From Actinomycetes bacterium (GTDB taxonomy: Bacteria; Actinomycetota; Acidimicrobiia; Acidimicrobiales; JAKAVM01), in contig JAKAVM010000052.1 in NCBI GenBank assembly GCA_021827485.1, positions 7,084 through 71,083 on the forward strand: a stretch of DNA of 64,000 bases, in the 5' to 3' direction. The notes beneath the pieces are model-generated. The model saw only the letters and a program-made list of their open reading frames with translations. It was not told where the DNA came from and did not search any database. A program made the translations under genes and the position numbers. Shown here one piece after another: positions 26,896 through 35,724 of the stretch (position 1 is its first letter; every line of letters begins with the position of its first letter).

Positions 26896-27660
26896 CTATC
26901 GTCCTCCCCCAACAGCGACAGCACCAACGTTCTCGTAAGAATCGTCGAAGTACTCTGTTTCCGGTTCCACGCCACGACCTAAGTAAACATAGTGGGATTT
27001 CCTGAGCCTACGGTTGGTAAACTCATCCCTATCATCATAAATTACCTGCTTGTTATCGAATAAACTGGCAGGTTGATCAGCCTCTATATCGTATAGAGAG
27101 TCATCGTGGAAGCTTGGAATAACATCCGGACCGGGCACAGCAGTTCTAAGATGTGTGACCTTCATTATTGACTGAGTTGCGACATACTTAGTGCGAATCA
27201 AAAGCACGCAGTAGCCGACCAAGACAACCAGATCAATTGCAGCGAGAGTCCATAAGACTCTCAGAGGTGGTGCCACCCCTAGGACAAGAAAACTACCTAG
27301 TGAGATAAGTAGCCCTGCAAGAATCTGACGCCGACGTTTGAGTGAAGCACTGCTCCGTAGCCTTTCAGGCCGAACACTACTGTCATAAAGCGCTTCACTA
27401 AAATCTCGAAAGTGAAGACTTCGTATAGGCGAGATCGGCTTCATCTTAGGCTGTGGCAGGACAAATTGGTTCGACGCACCATCTGGAACTCCAAAGTGAC
27501 CCGGGTCGTAGCCATCCGCATCGTAACCGTCACCACTTGACTCCCATAATCGAGTGTGAAATGAGCCAATCGAACTTATAATTCTGCCTTCAAACCACCT
27601 TCTATAGATAGATGGCCCAAGAACAATCGCCCAGAGCACAATCAAAAAGAGTATTACCAT
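26896..27660 (-). CDS. Hypothetical membrane protein
   Basis: The N-terminal TM segment is VILFLIVLWAIVLGPSIY. Two central TM segments are ILAGLLISLGSFLVLGV and LWTLAAIDLVVLVGYCVLLI. Confidence 0.55.
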   Translation of the reverse strand: MVILFLIVLWAIVLGPSIYRRWFEGRIISSIGSFHTRLWESSGDGYDADGYDPGHFGVPDGASNQFVLPQPKMKPISPIRSLHFRDFSEALYDSSVRPERLRSSASLKRRRQILAGLLISLGSFLVLGVAPPLRVLWTLAAIDLVVLVGYCVLLIRTKYVATQSIMKVTHLRTAVPGPDVIPSFHDDSLYDIEADQPASLFDNKQVIYDDRDEFTNRRLRKSHYVYLGRGVEPETEYFDDSYENVGAVAVGGGR

Positions 27661-27798
27661 AAAGGCCTTTTCTCCTTAGACAAACATTTGTTAACAAGAC
27701 TTTAACGCCTGATGAGTTCTAAGTGGTGGATACTCTAAATTTTCTATCGCATCGGAAATTAACGTCTCTTAGAGATATCTTCCAATGACTCAAATCAC

Positions 27799-28287
27799 CT
27801 ACAGGTCAAAATTTCTAGCAATTGTCTCTGATCTTCGCCAAGAGCCCGATCGGCCACCCGTTTTCTCCCACAGTGCCAGATCTCCAATGGTCATACCACG
27901 ATCAATTGACTTACACATGTCATATATCGTCAATGCGGCTATGGCACAAGCTGTAAGTGCTTCCATCTCCACTCCGGTCCGATCAACTGTATCGACCTGA
28001 GATTCAACGTCAACGTGGTCGTCGCCAATCGTGAAATTGACATAGACAGAGCCAACCAGAAGCGGGTGGCATAGTGGCAATAGGTCGGAGGTTTTCTTAG
28101 CTGCCTGGATGCCCGCAATCCGGGCTACCCCAAGAACATCGCCCTTTGTTATGGCATTTGAGGCGACTTTCTGGGTGGTTTCCGGCTGCATCGAAACCCT
28201 ACATCTAGCTAAAGCCCGCCGATGCGAAGCTTCCTTGGGTGTGACATCGACCATTCTAGCCCTACCAAGGGGATCAAGATGAGTCAA
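27799..28287 (-). CDS. moaC: Cyclic pyranopterin monophosphate synthase MoaC
   Basis: MVDVTPKEASHRRA..KGDVLGVARIAGIQAAKKTSDLLPLCHPL..VDRTGVEMEALTACAIAALTIYDMCK. Confidence 0.9.
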   Translation of the reverse strand: MTHLDPLGRARMVDVTPKEASHRRALARCRVSMQPETTQKVASNAITKGDVLGVARIAGIQAAKKTSDLLPLCHPLLVGSVYVNFTIGDDHVDVESQVDTVDRTGVEMEALTACAIAALTIYDMCKSIDRGMTIGDLALWEKTGGRSGSWRRSETIARNFDL

Positions 28288-28387
28288 CTCTCCTCTCGAA
28301 TCAGATATAATTAGACAGTCTAGTCAAACTTTTTGAGTAAGTGAGCGACCAGATTGATTATTTTCTCCAGATTTGGAAATTTTGCTA

Positions 28388-29278
28388 CTAAAACTTGCCG
28401 GAATCTCCCAGATATCTCAAAAAGTCCCCGAACTCGGGACCTAAATCTGTCCTGCGAAGAGCAAGCTCAACTGTTGCCTTGAGGTAATCTAGTTTGTTGC
28501 CTATGTCATAGCGTCCATCTTCAAAAACATAACCCAATACTCTGGAAGTTTCGAGCAAACGAGCTATTCCGTCAGTTAGTTGAATCTCTCCACCACTACC
28601 AGGTTCAATCCCCTCAAGGGCTCCAAAAATTCCTGGCGTAAAAAGGTAACGGCCCATGACCGCCAGATCCGATGGTGCATCTTCAGGGTTGGGCTTTTCG
28701 ACAATTTCAACAATCCGTTGAAAGCCGTCCTCTGAGAGTTCCAACCTAGCGCATCCATACTGGGAAATCTCATTGGGTGGTACTGCCTTGAGAGCCACGA
28801 CTGAGCATCCCGTAGCGTTATATATTTCGGTCATGCGAGAGATCACTTGCGATTGAGGATCCATAATGTCATCGCCTAGCATCACTACAAACGGCTCGTC
28901 TCCAACATGCTGCTTAGAAGTCAGAACAGCGTGGCCCAGTCCTTTAGGGTCTCCTTGACGCACGTAGTGAATGTCTGCAATTTGGGAGATGTGTTGTACT
29001 TGGTTTAGTTCCTCAATTTTTCTGGATTCTTCGAGAATATGCTCTAACTCAAATGAACGATCAAAGTGATCTTCAATGGAACGTTTACCTCTTCCTGTGA
29101 TTATTAGCACATCTCGAATACCGACTGAGTTTGCCTCCTCGACGACATACTGGATTGCAGGGGTGTCCACCAGTGCAAGCATCTCTTTTGGCTGGGCCTT
29201 GGTCGCTGGCAGGAACCGCGTTCCCAACCCTGCCGCAGGAATTACAGCTTTACGTACTGGTAAGGGGGCTTGAGACAC
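28388..29278 (-). CDS. galU: UTP--glucose-1-phosphate uridylyltransferase
   Basis: VRKAVIPAAGLGTRFLPATKAQPKEMLALVDTPAIQYVVEEA and VMLGDD. Confidence 0.9.
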   Translation of the reverse strand: MSQAPLPVRKAVIPAAGLGTRFLPATKAQPKEMLALVDTPAIQYVVEEANSVGIRDVLIITGRGKRSIEDHFDRSFELEHILEESRKIEELNQVQHISQIADIHYVRQGDPKGLGHAVLTSKQHVGDEPFVVMLGDDIMDPQSQVISRMTEIYNATGCSVVALKAVPPNEISQYGCARLELSEDGFQRIVEIVEKPNPEDAPSDLAVMGRYLFTPGIFGALEGIEPGSGGEIQLTDGIARLLETSRVLGYVFEDGRYDIGNKLDYLKATVELALRRTDLGPEFGDFLRYLGDSGKF

Positions 29279-29397
29279 TGGTTAGAATTGTACGTTGGTT
29301 TCAGCTGACCAGTAAACCTGAGTATGTTCGCCGGTTAGAACTCTTCCCGACAAGCACTCGCGCCAGCTAGCCCCTTTCCGGTTAGCACCCTTGTCGA

Positions 29398-29424
29398 TTA
29401 GCACTCTCGCTCTGAGAGTGCCAA
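29398..29424 (+). promoter_or_regulatory. CIRCE element (HrcA operator): TTAGCACTC-N9-GAGTGCCAA
   Basis: It matches the consensus TTAGCACTC-N9-GAGTGCTAA at 17 of 18 positions. TATAAT follows at 29431-29436, and the downstream gene's GTG is at 29469. Confidence 0.7.
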
Positions 29425-29468
29425 AATATATATAATTAGAGATTCGAGGTAAAAGAGGAGGTGATCTG

Positions 29469-29891
29469 GTGCCAACTTATGAGTATGTCTGCAAAAAGTG
29501 CACTAACCAATTTGAATTGGTCCAATCAATAAAAGACAACCCGATCGAAAAGTGTCCAAGCTGCGGCGGTCAAGTAAGAAAAGTGTTTAGCCCAATTGGA
29601 ATAGCCTTCAAAGGAAGCGGGTTTTACAAAAATGATAGCCGTACCTCATCAAATGGAAGTGCAAAAAGCGACACGACCACTTCGAGTCAATCGAGTGCCG
29701 AGCCCTCATCAGCTTCTACTTCCACGCAAGGTGATTCTGGGTCAACCGCTGACAAGACTTCAGAATCGAGGACTTCAGAATCGAGGACTTCAGAGTCCAA
29801 AGCGTCAGAACCTAAGAAAGACACTTCGAGCCCTGCTAAGCCATCAGCTCCCAAACCTGCCCCAGCGGCTACTCCAGCTTCAGTCAAGTAA
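29469..29891 (+). CDS. ruc: FmdB/CxxC_CxxC zinc-ribbon protein with a disordered Ser/Thr/Pro-rich tail (Ruc/Rv0991c-like redox-regulated chaperone)
   Basis: MPTYEYVCKKCTNQFELVQSIKDNPIEKCPSCGG contains two CxxC pairs. The C-terminal half is low-complexity. It is next to galU, as in M. tuberculosis, and preceded by CIRCE. Confidence 0.65.
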   Translation: MPTYEYVCKKCTNQFELVQSIKDNPIEKCPSCGGQVRKVFSPIGIAFKGSGFYKNDSRTSSNGSAKSDTTTSSQSSAEPSSASTSTQGDSGSTADKTSESRTSESRTSESKASEPKKDTSSPAKPSAPKPAPAATPASVK

Positions 29892-29901
29892 GAACCTTGT
29901 C

Positions 29902-29990
29902 TTGGCAGTTCTAGCTCTGGCCGCAGGGCCGCAAGTCAAAGACGGGCCTTATTTGGCAGTTCTAGCTCTGGCCGCAGGGCCGCAAGTCAA
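29902..29990. repeat. Perfect 38-bp direct repeat ttggcagttctagctctggccgcagggccgcaagtcaa x2 (29902-29939 and 29953-29990)
   Basis: Read directly. The second copy contains the stop codon and last codons (DLRPCGQS*) of the minus-strand gene 29962..31383. Confidence 0.9.
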
Positions 29991-31383
29991 GACCAGCACT
30001 GTACCACTCCAACTTTGAATCACGAGGAAAGTACTCGCCGCTGGTAGGGTCTTGAATATACTGGCTATTCATATCGGGTGAAGCGCAAATAGCCTCCAGG
30101 CCTGAAACGAAACGTTCAATGTCTGATTTCGATGTGGATAGTCCGCAGCTTACTCGTACCGCTCCTGGAATCGAGGAACGATCTCCTAGCCTTACTTGTT
30201 GCCTAAACTCCTCAATCTCGGTGTCGGAAAGGGCCAGCAAGCGCGTTAGATAAGGGTGGGCACAAAAACATCCATGTCGTACCCCGATACCGTACTCACA
30301 ACTTAGTCGGGCAGCCACCAATGCGTGTGGCATTGATCCAACTATAAATGTTACAACTGGCAAGAGGCCATCCGGATTGCTAGGGCCAAGAACATTAACG
30401 TGGCTGAGCTTTGCCAGATTTTTGCGGAGCAATTCAGATATCTCTCGATCATGGCTCTCAATAGTTTCCCAGCCGAGAAATTGAATAAATTCGATGGATG
30501 CTTGCATCGCAACTGCCCCTATGACATTGGGAGAACCTGCCTCTTCCCGGTCTGGAGGTGAAGTCCACATTACTTCATCAAGCCCTACCAGATCAACAGC
30601 CCCTCCCCCCGCTAAGAATGGCTCACCTTCTTCAAAAAACTTTGCCGGGCCCACCAGGGCCCCTCCCCCAAATGGAGCATATAGTTTATGTCCACTAAAA
30701 ACTATAAAGTCAGCGTCCCGAGGAACTTGACGGTGTGGAGCTAATTGGGCGCAATCAACTAAGACTGGAAGGTTGCGCTCATGGCCTAGAGTAATAATTG
30801 TTTCAAGGTCGGGGGACCAGCCAGTAATATTTGAAGCTCCAGTTATCGCTAGTAAACGAACGTTCTTGAAAGTATCTAGCTTGAGCCTAACGTCGTTAGC
30901 GGTAAAAGTGCCTTCTCTAGAACATTCAACATAGCCAACATTGGAGTATCTTCGCCAAGGGAGTAAGTTGGCGTGATGTTCGACAACTGTCGTTATCACC
31001 GTATCGGTTGGCGATAATCTCAATCTAAAAGCAAGATGATTTATCGCCTCTGTCGTATTTCGACAAATAATTGCCGTCGATATATCATTGCCTAATCCAC
31101 TGTGGCCTGTCTTGCCTACAAAGCCCAATATAGCTTGTCGAGCCAGTTCATAGGTCTGGGTCGATAACTGAGACTTGTAACCAGCACCTCTATGGATACT
31201 CGAATAGTTCGGCACGAACTCATTGACAGCAGATAAAACACTAGGAAGTGCGGGGGTAGAAGCTGCAAAGTCAAGAGAGAGATATCTTCTTGAGCGCCCA
31301 TCAAGACATAGAACTTCAACATCATCTCCAACTAATTCAATAGGCAGCTTACCCACATCCGTAATTCTACGGGTTAACGCCAT
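29962..31383 (-). CDS. Class V aminotransferase / cysteine desulfurase-like PLP enzyme
   Basis: 473 aa. FSGHKLYAPFGGG contains the PLP-lysine motif, and ITGASNITGW is also present. Confidence 0.7.
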   Translation of the reverse strand: MALTRRITDVGKLPIELVGDDVEVLCLDGRSRRYLSLDFAASTPALPSVLSAVNEFVPNYSSIHRGAGYKSQLSTQTYELARQAILGFVGKTGHSGLGNDISTAIICRNTTEAINHLAFRLRLSPTDTVITTVVEHHANLLPWRRYSNVGYVECSREGTFTANDVRLKLDTFKNVRLLAITGASNITGWSPDLETIITLGHERNLPVLVDCAQLAPHRQVPRDADFIVFSGHKLYAPFGGGALVGPAKFFEEGEPFLAGGGAVDLVGLDEVMWTSPPDREEAGSPNVIGAVAMQASIEFIQFLGWETIESHDREISELLRKNLAKLSHVNVLGPSNPDGLLPVVTFIVGSMPHALVAARLSCEYGIGVRHGCFCAHPYLTRLLALSDTEIEEFRQQVRLGDRSSIPGAVRVSCGLSTSKSDIERFVSGLEAICASPDMNSQYIQDPTSGEYFPRDSKLEWYSAGLDLRPCGQS

Positions 31384-31499
31384 CGAAGACTAAATATCTT
31401 ATGACTTTTGCCTCTAATAATTTCATCCAAGAGAACCAATAATATATTTAGTTTCGTTTCCAATTTCGAAACAGTTAGATAAGAGGAGATGATGCAGTA

Positions 31500-32066
31500 A
31501 TGAAGCGCAGAACCTTAGACAGATTAGCAAGTTTAGGTGGTACCGTTGTGGTGGTGGTTCTTCTAGTTGCAGGCTCATTATTGATGTGGGGAGCCAGTTT
31601 TGCAAATTCAAGTGTGCATAATCAACTCGCGCAACAAGATATTGTCTTCCCAACCGCGCGCCAGTTTGCCAATGCCAAGCCAGGAACTGAGATAACCCCT
31701 TCGATGAAGCCGTACTTGCTCCAGTATGCTGGCAAGAAGCTGCTGACCGGACCAGAAGCGGAAGCTTACGCGGATCACTTTATCGCAGTACACCTTTCTG
31801 AGATGCCATACAAAGGTGTCTACTCACAGATAAGTGCAGCATCAATGGCAAATCCAAAGAACGCAAAACTTCAATCCATGGTCCAGACAGTATTCAAGGG
31901 CACAACCCTAAGAGGCCTTCTACTTGAAGCTTATGCTTTTGGGATGTTTGGCACGATTGCGCTTTGGGCTGGAATATCCTCATTCATTCTAGCTGCAATC
32001 ATGTTGCTCTTAGTAGTCTTAGGGTTTATACATTCAAGAAAGACTCCTGAGACGGCTGAGATCTAG
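31500..32066 (+). CDS. Hypothetical membrane protein (N- and C-terminal TM helices)
   Basis: TVVVVVLLVAGSLLMWGA and GTIALWAGISSFILAAIMLLLVVLGFI. Confidence 0.55.
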   Translation: MKRRTLDRLASLGGTVVVVVLLVAGSLLMWGASFANSSVHNQLAQQDIVFPTARQFANAKPGTEITPSMKPYLLQYAGKKLLTGPEAEAYADHFIAVHLSEMPYKGVYSQISAASMANPKNAKLQSMVQTVFKGTTLRGLLLEAYAFGMFGTIALWAGISSFILAAIMLLLVVLGFIHSRKTPETAEI

Positions 32067-32089
32067 CTAAGTAGCAAAGTAGGAAGAGC

Positions 32090-32779
32090 CTAGGGAGTTT
32101 CCCTAGGCTCTTTTTTTGCTCTATTGCGCTCAACAGCATACACAGCAGCTTCGGTACGTCGTGACATCCCAAGCTTCGTTAGCATATTTGAAACGTAGTT
32201 CTTGACAGTCTTTTCTGCTAAGAAAAGTTCTACCCCAATTTGTTTATTGGTAAATCCCTTAGCGATTAGTTCCAAGATTTTGTTCTCTTGGGGAGTTAGT
32301 CCGTCCTCAGTTTTGCTCGGACCCTTGTCGCCTTCTCTGAGGTGTTCGAGGACTTTTTGAGTTTCAGATGCTCCAACTAGTGACTTCCCTTGGCTTGCAG
32401 TTCGAATCGAACTAACTAGGTCATTACCTTTTACGTTCTTGAGTACGTAGCCCGCAGCGCCAGCAAGGACTGATGCAACCAAGGCTTCGTCATCAGAATA
32501 AGAAGTTAGCATCAAACATGCTATCTCAGGATTTGAGGACCTGATCTCCCTACACAGTTCAATCCCGTCGCCATCAGGAAGTCGGACATCTAAGACCGCA
32601 ACATTGGGTTGGGTGGCTAGGATACGCGGTGCTGCCTCTCCTACGCTTGATGCCTCACCGACGATAGTTATATCGCTTTCGGCTTCAAGGAGGTACCGCA
32701 ATCCTTGACGAACAACTTCATGGTCATCGACTAGGAAAACGGAAATGGGCACACATAGATACTGACATATCACAATCAA
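32090..32779 (-). CDS. NarL/LuxR-family response regulator (DosR/DevR-like)
   Basis: The receiver domain is VFLVDDHEVVRQGL..VAVLDVRLPDGDG. The LuxR HTH is LTPQENKILELIAKGFTNKQIGVELFLAEKTVKNYVSNMLTKL. The probable true start is the GTG at 32752. Confidence 0.8.
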   Translation of the reverse strand: MIVICQYLCVPISVFLVDDHEVVRQGLRYLLEAESDITIVGEASSVGEAAPRILATQPNVAVLDVRLPDGDGIELCREIRSSNPEIACLMLTSYSDDEALVASVLAGAAGYVLKNVKGNDLVSSIRTASQGKSLVGASETQKVLEHLREGDKGPSKTEDGLTPQENKILELIAKGFTNKQIGVELFLAEKTVKNYVSNMLTKLGMSRRTEAAVYAVERNRAKKEPRETP

Positions 32780-32828
32780 CTCCGAAAGTTTGATTAGATA
32801 ACCAGCTCACATCTAACATCTAAGGCAA

Positions 32829-33986
32829 GTGCCTTATCGCCGAATCAACGACCCTGAGAAATTGAAGTCGCTTTTAGATGCGGCGTTGTCGATTAGCGCT
32901 GGTCTAGATCTCGAGTTAATTCTCAACAAACTTGTACAAGCAGCAGCCAGTCTTTCGGGCGCCCGATATGGTGCATTAGGAGTCTTGAACCGTAAAGGAA
33001 CCGGACTTGATAAGTTCATTACCACTGGTTTATCTAAAGAAGAGATCGAAAAGATCGGCTCATACCCCACAGGCGCCGGTGTACTCGGCCTACTGATCTC
33101 ACAACCAGAGCCATTACTTTTGAAAGATATTAGCTCCCACCAAGCTTCTGTAGGATTTCCCCCTGGGCATCCAACTATGACTTCTTTCTTGGGGGTTCCA
33201 ATCATAATTCGGGGGACTGTTTATGGGAACCTTTACTTAACCGACAAGAAAAATGCGCAAGAGTTCAATAGCCAAGATGTAGATATGGTGACTTCCCTTG
33301 CCTTGGCGGCAGGTATCACAATTGAAAACTACTATCTCCACGAACGAGTCTCTGAACTTACATTAGTAAAGGATCGCGAGCGAATTGCTCGCGATCTTCA
33401 TGACACGGCAATACAGCGAATTTTTGCTATAGGTTTGGCACTTCAGTCATCTTTGAAGTTAGTTGAGGACAGCCGCGCTAAAGAACGCATCGACGAGGCG
33501 ATAGGTTCTTTGGATGAAACTATAAGATTGATTAGAACCGCAATCTTTTCCCTCGAATCAGGTTCTACTACCGATAACGAAGAGGCCGGAATTCGACTTC
33601 GTATACTACACTTATGTGATGAAGCAGCAAGAGGCCTTGGTTTTGCCCCACAGATCCAGCTTTCAGGCCCGCTTGACTATAACTTGCCTGCATCGGTTGC
33701 CAATGAACTGATTATTGTATTGCGCGAAGCTCTAACCAATGTTGCAAGACACTCAAAAGCAACTGCTGTTGATGTTGAACTATCTTATGAAAATAGCGAG
33801 CTTATCCTAGAGGTGCGCGACAACGGAATCGGAATTAGCTCTCAAACATCTGGTGGTGGTCAAGTATCTGGCGGTGGCAAGGGAATAGCCAATATGTGCA
33901 CCCGTGCTGAAAATCTAGGGGGAATCTGTGTTGTACATAACCAGAGTCAGAAAGGTACTTCTGTCCTGTGGAAAGTTCCAGTATGA
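32829..33986 (+). CDS. GAF-domain sensor histidine kinase (HisKA_3 type, DosS/DevS-like)
   Basis: The GAF region is YGALGVL..FLGVPIIIRGTVYGNLYLTDK. The H-box is ERIARDLHDTAIQRIF. The ATPase region is LREALTNVARHSKA..EVRDNGIG. Confidence 0.8.
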   Translation: MPYRRINDPEKLKSLLDAALSISAGLDLELILNKLVQAAASLSGARYGALGVLNRKGTGLDKFITTGLSKEEIEKIGSYPTGAGVLGLLISQPEPLLLKDISSHQASVGFPPGHPTMTSFLGVPIIIRGTVYGNLYLTDKKNAQEFNSQDVDMVTSLALAAGITIENYYLHERVSELTLVKDRERIARDLHDTAIQRIFAIGLALQSSLKLVEDSRAKERIDEAIGSLDETIRLIRTAIFSLESGSTTDNEEAGIRLRILHLCDEAARGLGFAPQIQLSGPLDYNLPASVANELIIVLREALTNVARHSKATAVDVELSYENSELILEVRDNGIGISSQTSGGGQVSGGGKGIANMCTRAENLGGICVVHNQSQKGTSVLWKVPV

Positions 33987-34037
33987 TATGACACGCGGGG
34001 CTGCGCTATGTTACTCGGCTAGTGGTACCGGCGTTCT

Positions 34038-35498
34038 ATGGAGAGTTCCCCTTTGGATCCAACTTCGCAGATTATAAACTCAGTGCGCTGTGGACTAAAC
34101 GGTGGGCGGGGATGCGCTTATTCTTGGACATATCACATTACTTCAGATGTCTTGGTAACACTGCTTGTAATGATCTTGATTGGGCTAGTCTCAAGTCCCC
34201 TTACCTCAAGAATGCACTCAAGTTATGCCCGTTCAACGATGCGGCCACAAATATGGTCCCCCCCTTCACTTGGCAAAGCAGTCGCGCCGTACATACTTGG
34301 TCGAGCGGAGCTACGGCCCGGGCTTGGGCCTTTCCGGTTGATGGTATCTCACTTACTGGAATTTCAATAGGGGGCTACTTTTTGTGGTATATCGTGCTGG
34401 GATCTACTATACACATCAATATACAATCGCGAGCTTCTTAGAATCCTTGGGCCAACTCTTGTAGGCATAGGTGCACTTAGCTGGTTTTTCCGACGCCTAC
34501 TCCTAGCTCGAAGAGGCTATCCAACGGGCCTATCCCACCTACTAATCTCGCTTTCCGGAGCAACTAGCTGGTTACTTGCTATAAGTCTAACTGAGCACCT
34601 GGGCGAGACGGGGCATAAGGGTTTTAGCTTCTCTTGGCTGGGGATATCCGGATTTAGTTATGTACTGGCAGTTGTATTTGCCTGGTTATCTATCAATTCA
34701 ATCCACCGAAAATCATTAGCTCTGGAAACTCAAGCAGAGAAGTCAATCTCTCACGAGGCTGAACTTGATGTCTTTAGATTCTCTATGCGTGATGGGTCGG
34801 GTTACTTGTTGAGATCTAACTATAATCCACATCCTTCGCAATACGGTGGATTAGTACATCCAACCGGTTTTGAGGAAATGTCTGCCCCTATTAGAGTAGG
34901 GACAAATCTCTTGGTTATTGGAAGTAGCGTTGCTGAGATAACCGCGAGAGTACTTGAACCGTCGATTATCACTAGATTGGGCCCTACGGTTATTGTTGCA
35001 TCCTCCCAGAATCTTAGTGATTCCCTCAAGAGAATCGTTTTGGCTCAAGGGTCTAAGTTCCTACACTGGACTTCTGGAAATTCCAGTTTCCCATCTAGCT
35101 TAGCAAGTAATGAAACCCAAGTTGCTTGGAATCCGTTCTATCCCACGCTGAATTGTACAAGTGCAATATCGCTAGCTCGCGATCTGATATTGACCTCCTC
35201 CCAACGACTAAAGTCGTGGGATTCCCTTTAGTGGCGACAACTTACGCTGCCTCCACTTTATAGAGTAGTTTTGGAAAGTCCAGACGAAAGGTTCTGGCAG
35301 CATCCGTTCCATCACCCAAAGCATCCCGAGAAGGGCTGGCCATCTATTCTAAGAGTACCGGACTCCTCCTCTAGCTTGAAAAACCACATTGGAGAACTCT
35401 ACGGCCCTCATTCCGGCCACTCAGTAACTGTAAGTCTTCCCAGTCTCTCCGAAAAACCTTGGGAGGCGGTGGCAGATGCCGCGAACAAACAGGCCTAG
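34038..35498 (+). pseudogene. Decayed conjugative coupling-protein (TraG/VirD4/TraD-like T4CP) relic with an in-frame TAG at 34368
   Basis: ORF 34038..34370 and the open frame 34371..35231 are in the same frame, separated only by TAG. TM helices are ILGPTLVGIGALSWFF, LSHLLISLSGATSWLLAISL and FSWLGISGFSYVLAVVFAWLSI. Next comes NLLVIGSSVAEITARVLEPSIITRLGPTVIVASSQNL..VAWNPF, which resembles hLLViGptGSGKT..vvatS.K.D....NPl but has a destroyed Walker A. The ERFW-containing fragment 35271..35498 is in another frame. Confidence 0.4.
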
Positions 35499-35530
35499 GG
35501 CACTAAAATGCCGCGAACAAACATGCCTAG
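35476..35530. repeat. 23-bp direct repeat atgccgcgaacaaaca[g/t]gcctag x2 (35476-35498 and 35508-35530)
   Basis: Read directly at the end of the pseudogene region. Confidence 0.85.
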
Positions 35531-35724
35531 ACCGCTGAGCAGCATATATTCGCTCGTTATTTCATTAGGTTTTTAGCAATCAAGGTCCTTTGGCCCTGTT
35601 GGAACACTCAAAATCTTTCGATAATGATGGTGATGGGAAGTCCGCAAACAGATTTTGACTCTCTAAAGCTCCATTTGGAGGTCGCCGCGAGCAGGCGAGC
35701 AACAAGCATGGGAGCTTTTCGTAT

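Noticed and set aside
29632-30018. A 128-aa ORF overlapping ruc in another frame and spanning the 38-bp duplication
   Set aside because: It is an alternative frame of a low-complexity tail. The repeated LAVLALAAGPQVK merely reflects the DNA duplication. It has no SD and no independent support.
34022-34441. A 139-aa ORF in a different frame from the T4CP-like relic
   Set aside because: It overlaps the frame that connects seamlessly, apart from one TAG, to the TM + NTPase-like region. It has no recognisable motif and is most likely a by-product of the decayed locus.
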